Of a stretch of DNA of 64,000 nt, positions 13,899-28,857 are shown one piece after another (position 1 is the stretch's first letter; each line of letters begins with the position of its first letter). The stretch comes from Ascidiella aspersa. Taxonomy: Eukaryota. Both the position numbers and the translations under genes were made by a program. The DNA lies in assembly GCA_963924565.1 (NCBI GenBank), contig OZ004613.1, forward strand, positions 13,392,001 to 13,456,000. Direction: 5' to 3'. The notes under the pieces were generated by a model. That model saw only the letters and a list, made by a program, of their open reading frames with translations. It was not told the origin of the DNA and did not search any database.

Positions 13899-15804
13899 CT
13901 TAAACTTGTATACATGCTAGTGCAATGTATGGTGACGCGTGCATTGTATTGTGATATATATGTAACGGGTAACAAAAATGTTTTAACAAATGTCAACCAT
14001 GTCATTTTACGAATTTTTTGCATTTTTCCGTAGCTCAAGCCCTACGCATAATATTTAACGTTGTGAAAGCAATATATCATTTTTCATGAAAAGGGCACTC
14101 CCCCTTTGCCCTCTCCTTAGCAAAGGGCAGGAGGGGCGCTTGCACACCATGTATCGAAATCTATTTGTTACATCACTTTGCCTTCGATTACTAAAATAGG
14201 TACACACTAGAGGTTTAACGAAAGAAAGATTTGTACCAAAGTTGTATTATTCCTTGTTTTGCGCCTTACATTTACATGTTTTTAAAACCCGGGCCACTTC
14301 GTGGGAACTCGACTAAAACAGCCATCATTACACTGGCAAAATTCTCTCTGGGTAAACTAACACTGCAAATCTTGTAAAATTAAACTTGTTTATAAATCAA
14401 ATATAGTATAGGTTCTAAAATAATATCCTCAACTTCAGAAAGGTGGATTATAACCAGGATTAGCATTCCGTGCTTATTTCTAAAAGTTGTGCTTATCTTG
14501 GCGTACCGTGTCTTAACAATAACAAAGGTGCTTGTTTCTAAGAAACGTGCTTCTTTTAAAGCTTGGTTCTTAGTTTGTCTTATTTTAGGTTCTAAAAATA
14601 CTTTTATCAATAGGAGTGAAAAACTCTATTTACCACTCATGCTATTATTATTATCTTAGTTATTTGATCAAAATATGAGGTGATTAACTATAAACAGTAC
14701 GTCTAGGGACCTAGAATGAAATTGTAAGTTTAAATGTTTATATAAAAGTTGTTTTTACAGACTAAATATAATTTCGAGAATTAATAGCGCTTTATGAATT
14801 TACGTTAAAAAAACAGAATCACCATTGTCAAACAAAATTTTTAGCTAAACTATTGTTTTCTGAAAGTCTTTTTCTTCTCGGTAAATAGTTATATTGATGT
14901 TGAGCACAAGTAATCCCTTAATTAAATATAATTAAAAACCTTGGCAATTCGGATGTTTTAAACCCAATATTTGGTTTGTAAACATTGCGCAAGGTTTGCG
15001 GTAAATAATTATGGACGGTAAAGCACTATGTTGTCACCAGGGGTGGAACCAAGGGTGGGAGTTTTTATTTGGGTGGGGGGAGGGTGATGGGGGGCAAGCA
15101 AAAATGCTGGTGACGTAATTCCTGAAATTTGCGTGTTCTTCTTAACAAAAACCTCGATAAACCCAGGTTATCACAGAGTTTAAAATGAACATTTTATAAT
15201 AAAGCTTTGTTTTTTTCATTACTTCATATAATGTTTGCGAATGTTAATAACTAGGGAAAATAGCTTTGCATAGTGATTAGCTTAAGTTCAGTCTTAAACA
15301 TTCTATAAGATAAAACATTTTGCGACTTACAAGGCTGAAAAGTACTGCTGATTTCACGACAAATGCGTGTTTTAAAGCAATCTATTAAGCCAGTATAGAA
15401 AGAGTTTGAAATGATCGAGTTGTAAGCGTGGTAACATACAAGGGAACTTGCGTAGCGAACTGTGCATTGTTCAAACAGCTGCGATGTGCTTCATTTACGG
15501 CAGAATCTTCAAAGAGGGTGTTTCCATCCTTGTAGAAACTCAAACCTTCTCAACAGCTGGCCAAGCACAACTCTCATTTGATGCATGGCAAAGTGCTGAC
15601 CGATGCAGTTTCTACAAAAGTTTTAAATAGTTTTATATTCAATTGATTTGTCAATAAAGAAAATGTATCGCACTAAACACAAGATCCAACTTTTTTTAGT
15701 ACAATGCTTTGTTTTATTGATAAAAACATTTGGAATTTAGCGTAACAACGACTCATATAGGTTTGATCATACATGTACGTCAAAGTTCTTGTATTTACTG
15801 ATTA

Positions 15805-15948
<144 letters not shown>

Positions 15949-18900
15949 TTATATTTCGATTTTTTCGTAATGTTTGACAAAGCGCAAGGTACAAAACACA
16001 ATGAATAGTACGAAAAACACAAAAACGGTGCAAAGTACAAAAAAATAAAGGAAAGGGGTTCCGCCTAAAACACTTATCTAAATAGTAAAGACTTAAAACC
16101 GAAAGCCAGGTGAAATATGTTTTTGCCTACGTTTGATTACATCAAACGGCTGTTGGTTAACAGAAGCTGGTTTTAATTTACTTCCGGGTTTACCCAAACG
16201 TGTGGGTTGCGATGTAGAGCGTAGGTGTTGACGGCTACTTTGGTTCCCTTTTTAAAGGTCATCTCCTTGTAGTCGTTGAAGCGATGTGAGAATGTAACGT
16301 CTTCAGTCAGTTGACGGGCGATGACGTGAATAACCGGCATCAACCGCATAGCCTCCTTAATGCACTGTGTCAAGTATAAAAGCCTCGACATGTCGTTCCT
16401 GCATTAGGCAATTAAATTGTTAAAAGGTTAGTAAACAACAAATGATTTTTTTTTAATTTTATTAGACGCTTAAAATAAGATTTAGCCAATCTGCTGACAA
16501 TAATTAACTCACCAACTGACTTCAGACTGGTTTCCAACAACTTGTATTATTTCGTCTCTACATTTTTGCTGAAGTTCTAGATTATCAGATAAAAAATGCA
16601 AAGTCCAGCACAACCCTGCAAGGGAGAACACTGTTGAACATACAATAATACTGTTGAGCATCAAATCCTATAGAATTATATTCCGCGTATATAGTTGCAA
16701 AGGCGTTATATAAAATTACGGTTTTTACAATAATTGTTTGTTCGTCCATAATGCAACTGTTTTATAGAGTTTGATTCTGCACTACCTATTGGCTTAGTTT
16801 AGTTGTTATTGTAAACGATTTTACCATTTGCAACCGTATCTTGTCCAGCACTGAAAAACGTTGTAACTTCGTCAATTATTTCAGCATCAGTCAAGCCCAC
16901 ACCGTCTTGATCCTGTATTAACAGATAGTAAATGGGTTGACATGGTTCATGCTTATAAAGGAAATTAAAACGTAGCTTTGAATATAAAATTTCGATTTAC
17001 CTTGGTCTGTATTAAAATGTCGAGAAAGTCGATAGGCTTTCCCTTACGTTTATGAAAAATGAATGACTTGTTGTCTTCTTCAAACTGGGTTGTCTCAATG
17101 CTCTCTATGTTGTTCTGCATTTTTTCAAGGATGGCTCTTCTTTCCTTTATAATCTGTGTAGGCAAGAATGTTATTCAGGAGAGTTTAAACGCGTTTTAAA
17201 AGGGCTTCTCTATGTTACCCATTCCAGGTTTAAGTATAATTTATGCCTATAGTTGTGCCATTAAAACCTCGCAAGGATGCGATAACTTTGTCAATTTACA
17301 ATAAAGTTATTTGCTATAAATTAAGTAAAAATAATGTTAAAACTAAGTAGTTGTGTAATATGATCTGTTAAAAAAAAGTATTGTCCGCCACCTTAAACAA
17401 ATCCATCCAAAATCAGCTCCAAGAGCCACCACAACTTGGTAAAAAAGGCAAATTAACGCGGCTCTTAGGGTGTGGTAGTAATAGTGTGACGGAAACACCA
17501 TACATTTTTAAACAGAAAGTTTCTGCCGAAAGCAAGATCTCTGGCCCACCCATAGCACCAGTACTAAGCCTGTGAGTTAAACTTTGGTCTTACCTTATGC
17601 GCCTTTTCATGAATTAAAATGCATTTCTTCTTCAACAGTTTTCCGCGTTTAGTGCGGTTAAAAATACTTTCTGGCCAAAGGTGCGGGGCGCCCCAGTGCT
17701 CAAATATCAAAACTGAGGCTTCCTGTACGGTCTTGATGTACAATCCGTCCTCACTATGGTTACAAATGTAGTTATTATATAAAGTTCAATGTATTTTGGC
17801 AAATTTGGAATTTCGTTAGCAGCAATTTCGTTAGTCCTAACAGCTTGTTTCGGGATTTTGATTTTAAAGCAACACTATGACAAAACCATTGTTAAAATGA
17901 TAAAATATCACAGTGCTTGTTTGGTTGTTTTAAACACACTCAAAGCATCTGAAAAAATAATAAAGCAACTTTTTACTTATATAGGCTTATAGCTGTGACA
18001 TGTTACATCTACAATTCTAAATATTCTGGTTCAGCAGATTACGCACCTGCTATCCTGAAATTACCGTTCTTAGGTTAAGAACCGCAGGATTAAACAATGC
18101 TGAAATGCATTTTAACAAACAAACAATACCGACAATGTGTTAATATAACAAAAAATACTGTAACGAAATCCAAGACAAAGGTTTGAAAACAACGTAAAAT
18201 TCTCTCGTGCAAAAACAAATAGAATATACGAAGTGCATTAGCCCCACTGTTACCTACTCTGATTGACTTTCACACCGTTGTGACATCACACACTCCAGCA
18301 TATTGTTGTAAGTGACGTGGGAGATATCTTCATATACGTCACAAACAGAGTTGTTTCAGCTGCTCTTTCAAAACCTAATATTATCTTGTCGCAATTCTTG
18401 TTGAATATTTCCACGTGACTGTGAAAACATGCAAATTTGAAACATATAAATCCTGTTAACCGGAATGGAGTAATGATAGCATATGCAGTAAAAAGGTTTT
18501 CATAAAAATTATTTGGAATAGACCGCAGAATGAAAATTCTAAAATAAAACAAAACGTATATATACTTGACGCAATTAGAAACAAGTTTAAACAAATTGAC
18601 GTTATTCATTTGCATTTACCTTTTCAGAATGTTGAAATGAAATATCGGTGATAGCAATCGACGATGACGCTTCCAAAGGCTTCCTGATGACGTTACTAGA
18701 CCATCCCTTAAAAGCGGCCCAAGAAACCTTCTGTAATTCTTTGTTTTCGGCACTGAAATGAATTTAAATAAATGTCAACGCCGATGCCAGATATGTTGAA
18801 AAGTATACGATTAAACCTGATTATTACAACGCGAATGAGTTTTTTGCAGGTGCAACCTGTTTAAAACTTGTCAACGGTTATATGTGTCATTAATTTTCGA

Positions 18901-19528
18901 AGACCTAACAGCAATAACAAGCATTAAAACATTTTCTCATCTAGTAACGTTCCGCTTTAAAATTGATTTTGCAGTCAACCTATTCGGTAGTTTAATTTGG
19001 AATCTTTTTTGGACATTCAGATATTTACAAAACAAGTGAATAAAACCAGATAAATTATCAATAAAAAGGGCCCAACATAAGAGAATATTTACTTTCACAA
19101 ATTAATAAAATGTGAAATACCATTCATTCTGTCAGAAACAAAAATACACTAAACTAAAGAACCGAGAAAAAATATAATATAGGCTTAGGTTTAACCGGAC
19201 GGACATCCCAAAAAAACTGTTTACTTACTGGGTTTTGTCAGAAGAGTTTTTACCACATCTGGGTGATACAACATCGCAAAAAAATAAAATGGCCCATTCC
19301 ACATGGCACTTATAGCTGGAATACGATGAGACCTCTCTACGCAGTTGCGCAGGCCTTCGTAGCTGTTAATTCTGTACTGTAACGAAGATATCACTTTTTT
19401 ACTGGAGAACTTTTTGTGAGTGTCAAGACAATTTAAACTATATTTATGATATGGTTTAATATTGTCATTCCATAATGTTCAAAATTAAGAGTTGTCAACT
19501 TCAGCCTGCATTCCAAATGTGTTTTCAG

Positions 19529-19749
19529 CAAGAAGGTTCCGTGTATTATATTTGTCTAATTATGTGTCCACAGCCTTGCGATGTGTGGAGTAGGTGCCGT
19601 GTAATATACAAGAAGGTGCCGTGTAATATATTTGTCTAATTATGTGTCCACAGCCTTGCGATGTGTGGAGTAGGTGCCGTGTAATATACAAGAAGGTGCC
19701 GTGTAATATATTTGTCTAATAATGTGTCCACAGCCTTGCGATGTGTGGA
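19529..19749. repeat. 80-bp tandem repeat, ~2.7 copies, in CYP-B intron 1
   Basis: (T/A)ATGTGTCCACAGCCTTGCGATGTGTGGA recurs at 19561, 19641 and 19721. Confidence 0.9.
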
Positions 19750-19912
19750 CAAAGACCCCACAAAATCCAATTTTTGCCAAATTATTTGGTTGATGCAATC
19801 TATACAGCTTGTCTATGCAGCTTTGCAAATGACCATTGTGCCGTGAGTGACCGATCTAACTACTATTAAAACACAATAAATTTATCATTTTTTCGCTTTG
19901 TTAAAATTCCCC

Positions 19913-19962
19913 GTGAGATTTGGTAAACCCATTCAAGTGAGATTTGGTAAACCCATTCAAGT
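19913..19962. repeat. 24-bp tandem duplication
   Basis: GTGAGATTTGGTAAACCCATTCAA x2. Confidence 0.85.
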
Positions 19963-22559
19963 CAATGGCTCTGGCATAACTTGTTTTCTAAAGAATTAAA
20001 AAAAAACTATTGTATCGAACGTTGTGCTGAGCTTTAAAGTCATTAAAGGCACATGAGCTTGGAAAAAGATTATTTTTCATGAGTACCTGGAAAAATTAAC
20101 CAGACCGGATTTGGCCCGCGGGATCTAGTTTGCCCAGGTCGGTTTCAGCTTATCTACTTGTCACAAGTAAGGTATAGCGGCATAAAAAATACGAAGTATC
20201 GTACATATACACATTAAAGATTAAACAAACTCTTATTGGTACCTTATGGGCGTGGCCCCACAGCCAATGACGGTCGTACATGTTTCCCATCTCTCTGGTC
20301 AGCTTTAGGTAATAGGAAGTTTATTTTGCCAGCGGAACAACGGTTTTAATCACCAGCACGAGGAAGATTGTCAAAGTAACGAACCAACTCAACCAGCCGC
20401 CAACCAAAAGTTGGTCCGAAATGCCAGATAAATACATATTGTTGAAAAAAATATGCTCAAAAATGGAGATAAGCTCAACGGTGTTTTGCTACCGACAATG
20501 AAAACAAATATAAGCAAAACAATTTATTGAATCTTAGCTTGTCCCGAATAAACTATCGGTTCGGCCAACGAAAAACGCGTTGCGCCTTTTATTTAAGCCA
20601 GTGGTTGATCGCGTTGTTTGTCTTTGCCATTTCCAAGCAGTGGGCCTGTTGTCCTTGACGCGTGTTCATTTCAGTTATCGCGACATAAATCTGGATTGCA
20701 GCACACAATAGGCGGCGGGTTACTAGAAGTTCAGCAAACAAATTCCGAGAAGTGCCAAGGTTGCGCAAAATCTTTTATGACGTGTTATTAAAACATTTTA
20801 GAGATTTTAGGCGAAATACTCGACGCAGCTTTTACGATGCAGAAAAAATCGTAAAATTATATTGTAAAGTTTCAAAGTTATTTTCAAACACGCGTAAAAC
20901 AGCGTTAAAGTCCATATCCAATTATTTTCATAAAATTATCTCCCTATATAATCGCACCTTTTGCGGCCCGATTCGAGTCTGGCTTAACTTTTTTGATATG
21001 TTTTTTCTGTACCGGTATATTTGTTTTTTGGTTTATTCTTTTGATAGGGTAAACTATAAAACAGTCCCAATCAACTTGTTATTTCTGTTATAGTTGTTTC
21101 GACTTGCGTCTAGGCTGCTTTATGCCCTCTTGTTTATATTTACTCTAGCATTATTCTGTTAAAAACGCAAAAATAGTTAAATTGCACTTTTGAAAAAATG
21201 TGAAGTCTGTCTATTTGTGAGTTTTGCTTTGGTACATTTGTAGTTTTTTAACGCATTTTGTTTTTTCTCATACTTCAATAGATTGTAGTTATAATTGGTT
21301 CGTGCTGTACACACAAGCTCTGCTATGGCGCTTGTGTTTGTAAAATAAACAAGAAAGTCGCGACCGGGGTTTTCGCAATGTTTGTTTAAATCTTTTCCGG
21401 AAAATGGCCTTCACACTCCGGCTTCCCATTATTACCGCATGGCAGGCAAACACACTGAACCGTAAACGATCGGTAATAAACGGCTTAATGTCGTCCAAGT
21501 CTCATTTATGACTTGGCAAATGAAACGATATTTTGTTGGACCTTATATTTGATAGTATTGGTTGCATCATTAGAACTACAATATAAGGTGACAACATCAA
21601 TTTTTAAAATGCAAAAAAGCTAAAATTTGGTCAAGAGCGGTTTTGGGGTTTAAAAGTGTGGGACAGTTAGGAGGATGGGTAGATGCTCCTAAAAATTTCA
21701 CTCAACTGTCAAAAAAATCATATTGTTGTTAAATCAAAAATCATACTGTTGTTTTATCAATAATTTGTTTATGCTCATGTTAAAGACGACCTCGATGTTT
21801 TCTATGACGTCAATTATATTCAAACGTGTTAGTTTCCTTCAGAAAACCTATAGACTTTCAAGCTTAGTGAGAAAATTGAAACTGCAAATAATCTGAAAAT
21901 AACCAATGATAGAAATGTTTAATTCAAAAGTAAAATTTATAATACGATTATCATACGATCGGGTTGTTTCGGTGTTAATTTGCTACAACCATGATTTACA
22001 AAGCACAATTAAATTTGAATCGAAAATATGTAAGCTCGGTAACACAAAGGCTAATTTTAGCTAAATGTTCTTTAAATTATTACTTATCGTCTTGATAAAT
22101 TTTGCTTACTTGACCATAGCAATGATATTATTTGTATCGCACTGGATGGCAATACTTACAAAATAATACTGGTTTCGGTAAAGGAATAGAATATTATTAT
22201 GAGAATATCCTAAAATTTACACGCAGAGATTGCGAAAAAACGTTTAATAGGTAACTGCATGGAGCATTTTATTCATACTTGTTAAGTAACAAAAATAGGT
22301 TCACTTATGTTGTTCAGCTTGAATTTATTGTTATATATAAGTTTGCTCCACTCTTAGTTATTTTTAGCTTCGGTAATTGCTTGTTATTATACACTTGCAA
22401 AAAGTCCGTTGCAACCATAAACATACAACGAAAAAACAACAAACCAGAAAGCACTGGATTAAATTTGGTACTGTATAACAGTAGCATTAGCTTGGTATGG
22501 CAAATGTACAAATCACGCTTCAAAGATACGTGACTAAAGCGTTTAATGCGATCATAGTG

Positions 22560-25500
22560 TTACCATTGTCGGACTTTAAGCTTCAACCCGATCGAAGACT
22601 GAAGCGTAACTCCAACAGAAGGTATCGGTTCTGGTGTTTCCCCATCCTTGTAGAACTCAAACCTTCTCAACAGCTGGCCAAGCACTACTTTCATTTGATG
22701 CATGGCGAAGTGCTGACCGATGCAGTTTCTAAAAAAATTGATTTATCGCCATTAACAAATGCTTAACACTAAACATAAGATTCTTAAAATGTTTTGTTTT
22801 ATTGTTGGGTTTACTCAGAAATTAGCGTAACATTGTACCCGAATCTTGCGAGGGTGTAACAAAAATCCTTTGTATTTATTAAAGATAGAGTCCTTTGTAT
22901 TTATTAAAGATAGAGTCCTTTGTATTTATTAAATACCTTGTTCCTGCCGCGAAGGGGATGAAAGCAAAGGGTGATCTCTCTGCCGATTTTTCCGGACTAA
23001 ATCGGTCGGGGTTAAAAGTCTGAGAAAACGAGAACAAATTATTTATTGTTTTTCATTGGGTAAGTTAAACGATGTAAGGTGTGTTTAATCGTAGTCAGTG
23101 GTTGCCAAGCCGGGTTCTTCTCATTCCCGGGGATACATAAGGAGATGTTATCAGGTTCGCGACACATAATTTGTATAGAGAGTAGGCCGAATATAGGCTT
23201 ATATTTATAAAACTTGGGGTTTGGGTCTAAAGGTAAATTTATCGTTTTGGGGTTCTCTTCTATTACATATTGTTCCCCTCCCCCCCCCCAAAAAAAAATC
23301 CATTAGTGTCAGGTCGGGTGAGTGTGGTGGCCATTCAATGCTACGTAAAAAAGTTTAATAACTGTAAGCCTACTTTTGGCCCACCCTGTGTATCATTCGT
23401 CAGCTTGAGCACATACATTTTTGTATCACTATACTGCTAGATTAACTTTGTTATCGCAAATTTTTCCTTGTTTAGTTCAAAATTAAAGAAGTTCGCCTCA
23501 ATAGGACGCAAACAATGTTTGCCGGTTAAAAACAAGTTTCAAAACAACTGATCTAAACAGTTAGGAAACGAATATTAAAAAACTGTTTGCCGAAAGGTGG
23601 GCGAAATATACGCTCACGAAGTAGATTTAGGATTAGTAAGGAGTTACACGGTGAAGGTAAATTATTAGGGGGTTAAATTTACCTCGGGGTTTACCCAAAC
23701 GTGTGGGTTGCGATGTAGAGCGTAGGTGTTGACGGCTACTTTGGTTCCCTTTTTGAAGGTAATTTCTTTGTAGTCGTTGAAGCGATGTGAAAACGTAACG
23801 TCTTCCGTCAGTTGACGAGCGATGGCGTGAATAACCGGCATCAATCGCAAGGCCTCCTTAATGCACTGTGTCAAGTAGGGAAACCTTGACGTGTCGTTCC
23901 TGCATTAAATGACGTTCATAACCTAAATACGTTTTTTAATTAGTAAACAACACTTTTTTAAATTTCTTTTTTGTCGTTAACCCAAATTTCATTCGTAATT
24001 GACATTTGGAGCAAAACTAAGCCTTTAAACTATTGACAATAATTAACTCACCAACTGACTTCAGATTGGCTTCCAATAACTTCAATTATTTCATCTCTGC
24101 ATTTTTGCTGTTCTTCTGGATTACTCGCCAAAAAATGCAAGGTCCAGCACAACCCTGTAGGAAAGTAAATTATTATAGAAAAAACGACCTTGTTACATAA
24201 AACATTTTATAATACGACAGTTACGGTTGTGCATGAAATCCTAATGAATTGTACAGTATTTGGGCGTATTCAAGTTCTGTGACAGTAACTCAACAGAATT
24301 TTATATTGGTTTTAATATACTATGGCGCTGTTATTTTTTGTTGTTGAACGATTTTACCATTTGTAACCGTATCTGGTCCAGCACTGAAAAATGTTGTAAC
24401 CTCATCAATGACCTCATCATCACTCAAACCCACACCATCCTGATCCTGTATTACCAGACAGTAAATAGGTTAACATAATTGTAGCAATAATTGGAATACA
24501 ACGCAAATTCCCTTATAAAACTGTTCCAATTTATCATGAAAGTTAAAATACTGGTAAATCATATTTTATAGTTAAAATATATTAGCATCTCGCCTTGGTC
24601 TGTAATAAAATATCGAGAAAGTCGATAGGTTTTCCCTTGCGGCTATGGAAAGTGAATGACTTGTTATCTTCTACAAACTCCGTTGTTTCAATGTTTTGAC
24701 TGCTGCTGTTTTCCATTTTCTCAAGGATGGTTCTTCGTTCATTTATAATCTGTTTAGGCAGTATTTTTATTCAAGACAGATTATGTGCTATTAAGCCATG
24801 TATAGGCTATATACACGATAAAAAAATAATTGTTATGATGTTAATCGGCTGGAGCAATCAATTAATCTGATTTTTAAAGTGTTATAGTGTGTATATAAGT
24901 AGATAAACATATTTACACAATCACTAAACGAAAAATCTTCGGTTCCTAGCTTTAGAAACAAGTCTGTTAATTCGCATGAATTCTTGTCTTACTTTCTGTG
25001 CCTTTCCACGGATTGTATCGATGCATTCCTTCAACAGCTTTCCGCGTTTAGTGCGCTTAAATATAATTTCGGGCCAGAGGTGCGGTGAGCCCCAGCGCTC
25101 AAATATCAAAACTGAGGCTTCCTGTAAGGCCTTGATGTACAATCCGTCCTCACTGTAGATACAGTAGTATTTTAAGAAGAACCCTATATCAAACGATCGA
25201 ACGAGCAATTTCCAGCATTTTGATACGTTTCAGAGGTTAGCAAATACCGGGCCGGGCACGAGGTCATTGCGTGAAGATTTATAACCAGGCATGGCAAAAC
25301 CGAGTCTATAATGTTTTACAAATTGAACCTTTTGAGATGAACAGGACTGGTGAAACAATGCTAAAGATATTTCTCAAACAGGCAAAATTTTGACATCCCG
25401 CTTAAATAAGGCATCAAAACAATTTCGCTATGACGTCAGACGTAGTGGTTTAGCGCAATTTTAACGCAATTGCAAAATTAGATTTTTTAAGGGACTTTGC

Positions 25501-28500
25501 GCATTGGGCACGTAAAGTGTTTAGCATTATTTATTTACAGCTAAACCACCTGCACCAAGCCCATGTAATAATTCGCACAAAGTGCAAAAACTATACATTG
25601 TATTTTAGAAAGTCTAAGTCGACACAGCGACAGCGCTAGGCTGTGGATACATAAAAAAAATTATTAATACTGGCGCAGATAATATTATAGGGTATGGCCC
25701 CTTGCCTATGCCCCACGGCCCGGGATCCGCTCTGTGTGAAAACGGCATTTTACTGCGTAACAAATGCTGGCACAGAAACAGCAATACGATATATATAGAA
25801 TGTAGTAAACACTAGTTCTTTTAATGATGTCCGGCCTGCAAAACATCGCCAGCCTTAATCCGGTCTGTATACAGGGAAAAATATGCCCGACCCCTTTTAA
25901 AACGAAAATAAAGTGAAAAAACAATATTTTATATACGAGGAAATCATTTTAACTATAAGCGTCTAGAATCATCGTTTGCAAATGTAAACAGTCCGACAAT
26001 AATTTTAAAGGGTTTTTATAATTTTTAAAAGGGGGTTTCGTCATTTTGTTTTGATGAAAACGAAAACCCGAAAACGTACTACAAAAAGTGCAAAAAATGC
26101 AAAAGATCATGAGGTATACAATAGTTCTTGAGACGCACCTTATCTCAACTGGTAAAACTCATAGTTAAAAACATGTAAAAAAAAAACAGGATCAGACGTT
26201 TTGTTTAAAGGAAAATATATTTCGCCAAAGTGGCGTTTTACTTTCGCCAACTATGAGTTTTACTTGTTAATATACGCGTCAGCGGAGCAGTGATCGACTG
26301 GCTAAAACCTGCCGCCGATGGTTTTCGATTCTATAAAGATACACCCTATTGTTATCTCAACTGTTACCTACTCTGATTGGCTTTCACACCGTTGTGACAT
26401 CACACACTCCAGCATATTGTTGTAAGTCATGTGGGAGATATCTTGATGTACGTCACAAACAGAGTTGTTTTCAGCTGCTCTTTGAAAACTTAATATAATC
26501 TTGTCGCAATTCTTGTTGAATATTTCGACGTGGCTGCCAAAGCATACAATTTGATTCATGCAATTTCACACATGCAACTTAAAGAAGTGTTGAACAAAAA
26601 TGTAGTTTAAAATGTTAAAAATATAATTATATATCCCATAACTAGTTGTTTGGTTAAAAGTTCACCAAATTCAATTTAGCACTAAAATACAACACGTATA
26701 GGCTACTGGAAATTTAGAATAAATTAAACTTGCATTTCAAATTTACAGTTACATTTTTAGAACGTTGAAATGAAATATTGGCGATAGTAATCGACGATGA
26801 CGTTTCCAAAGGTTTCCTGATGACGTAACTAGACCATCTCTTAGAAGTGGTCCGAGAAATCTTTTGTAATTGCTACTTTTCGGCACTGAAATAAAAAACA
26901 ACTGCCAACGAAGCGATGTTTGCCGCAGAGTGAGATGAGACCCTGTTGTTTCGTTTGAAACAGATTTACAATTAGTTACTACTAATTATTTTAAAAGGGT
27001 AACCGTAATGTTAAACAGCACCTTAATACGTTCTAATTTTGCTGGAAATATTTCCACACTTAGCCTACTCAACGCATTCGGAGGCTTGTATCGTCTTATT
27101 CCTGTTAACAATTTACGAGCAACGTCACTAATAAACTGAACAGCTCTTTATAGGAACATTTAAACTTACTAGGTTTGGTCAAAAGGGTTTTCACCACATC
27201 TGGATGGTACAACATAACGCCAAAATGAAATGGCCCAATCCAATTGGCACTCATAGCTGGTAGGATATTAGACCTCTGCACGTAGTTGCGAAGGCCTTCG
27301 TAGCTGTTAATTCTGTACTGTAAGTGATTAAAAGAAAGCAAATTTCGATGAATGGATCTGCCTTGTAGTACATTGCTGAACGAACCAGAATTTTAGAAAT
27401 TTTTGAAAATATAGGCCTTTTAGAAAATAGAATTTTAGAAAATATAGGCCTAAGAAATAATTGACAGGGAAAAGCTGACAGATATCAAAGCACTATATTT
27501 GTTTTTTGATTTGAATAAAAATCATTTTACAATATGAAAATGGAATACTTTGCACATAAAAAATGGCCTAAATTGAGATGCTTTAATTAAATCTCGGAAA
27601 AATTAATCTTTCTGCTAAACATAATTTATTCGGATTGGAATGTAAACATAAATATGTATTTCATGTATTTTTAGGACCGATAAAACACGACGCGACTTAA
27701 AACAGCCCTAAGTTTGGATGTCCGAAATTGTCGAGACGATAACCGATCTATCATTTTAACTTTAAAGGTATAATCAGGGGCGGTGGTCCACAAGGCATCG
27801 CCCCGCCCCCACGCGACCTTTTGAATTAAATTGGATTTTTTTCAAATAAATTGAAAGTTTAGCGGCTTAGGCAATTTTTAATCAAATAAACGCACTTTTA
27901 ATTCGAGCGATTATGCTGCATGAGTCTTACCTATTTATTTGCGCACAGTTCGCTGGAAAACAACATTTTTTTATTAATTATTTAAGGACGTCACTGTTTA
28001 ATGTAACTTTGTGACGTTATTCCTGAACTTATTTTATTTCTTTCCAAAAACAAAAATCCCGGATCCACCCCTGTCTGGTGGGACACGGCGTTTCTTTTAA
28101 AATATGTGGGAACCCACTAATAAAATAAAAGTCACTCGTTGTCTAAATAAACTAATTAAAATATGAATAAAACTATTTAACTACATCGATTTGTTTCATA
28201 AAATGTTTGACAATTGTATCTATAGTACAGCAACGCCTTATTGTTCTTTGTTCATTTAACATTGCCATCTAAAGTGCACATATTTCCTGGGATTTTATTA
28301 AATTGTACGACAACTCAAATTAAAGTTGTATAAAAAGCATAAGTTTTCCTGGTAATAAATTGTGCTAAATGTAAGATGCTTTTGTGGTCTGATTATCGTC
28401 AGAACAAAAACATGTTTTTGCTCTGTGTCCTACAGGAAATTGCTTGACAGCAGTGAAAGCATGTTATAAAAATGTAGTTTATGTGGCTTAATAACTTGGA

Positions 28501-28857
28501 AAACATGAACATTACCCGTTTTTATTCAATAAATAAGATCAAATTATTTGTCCATGGAAACAACGATATCTTTTAGAAAATGGTACTTATTAATCGGTAT
28601 AGGAGAAAATTTAAAAGTTTTTTTATATAAACAAGTATACATATATAAACAAACGCTTGTACCTTATGGGCGTGGCCCCAGAGCCAGTGACGGTCGTACA
28701 TGTTTCCCATCTCTCTGGTCAGCTTTAAGTAATAGGAAGTTTCTTTTGCAAGCGGAACAACGGTTTTAATTACCAGCACGAGGAAGATTGTCAAAGTAAC
28801 GAACCAACTCAACCAGCCGCCAACCAATAGTTGGTCCGAAATGCCAGATAAATACAT
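22560..28857 (-). CDS. Cytochrome P450, CYP4 clan (CYP-C), apparently intact, 11 exons
   Basis: Exons approx. 28663-28857, 27170-27317, 26753-26885, 26372-26532, 24993-25152, 24594-24749, 24358-24445, 24052-24153, 23683-23899, 22937-23019, 22560-22728; [46 protein letters not shown]|NCIGQHFA; intron 6 requires a GC donor. Confidence 0.9.
22866..22932. repeat. 25-bp minisatellite (~2.7 copies) at the start of CYP-C intron 10
   Basis: TCCTTTGTATTTATTAAAGATAGAG repeated. Confidence 0.85.
27775..28073. mobile_element. Probable MITE in CYP-C intron 1
   Basis: Ends CAGGGGCGG... / ...GGATCCACCCCTG are imperfect inverted repeats; TSD not clear. Confidence 0.5.

Noticed and set aside
13659-14033. 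124-aa ORF
   Set aside because: Lies across the fold-back element; no recognisable protein motifs
19529-19749. CRISPR-like array
   Set aside because: Units repeat in full with no unique spacers; no cas genes; eukaryotic intron
20752-21498. ORFs of 113 and 69 aa between CYP-B and CYP-C
   Set aside because: No recognisable domain or splice context; composition fits AT-rich non-coding or decayed repeat DNA
26366-26373. Apparent TAG stop at the end of CYP-C exon 4 (also in CYP-B)
   Set aside because: The donor is GA|GTAGGT (phase 2, as in paralogs A and D), so the TAG is intronic
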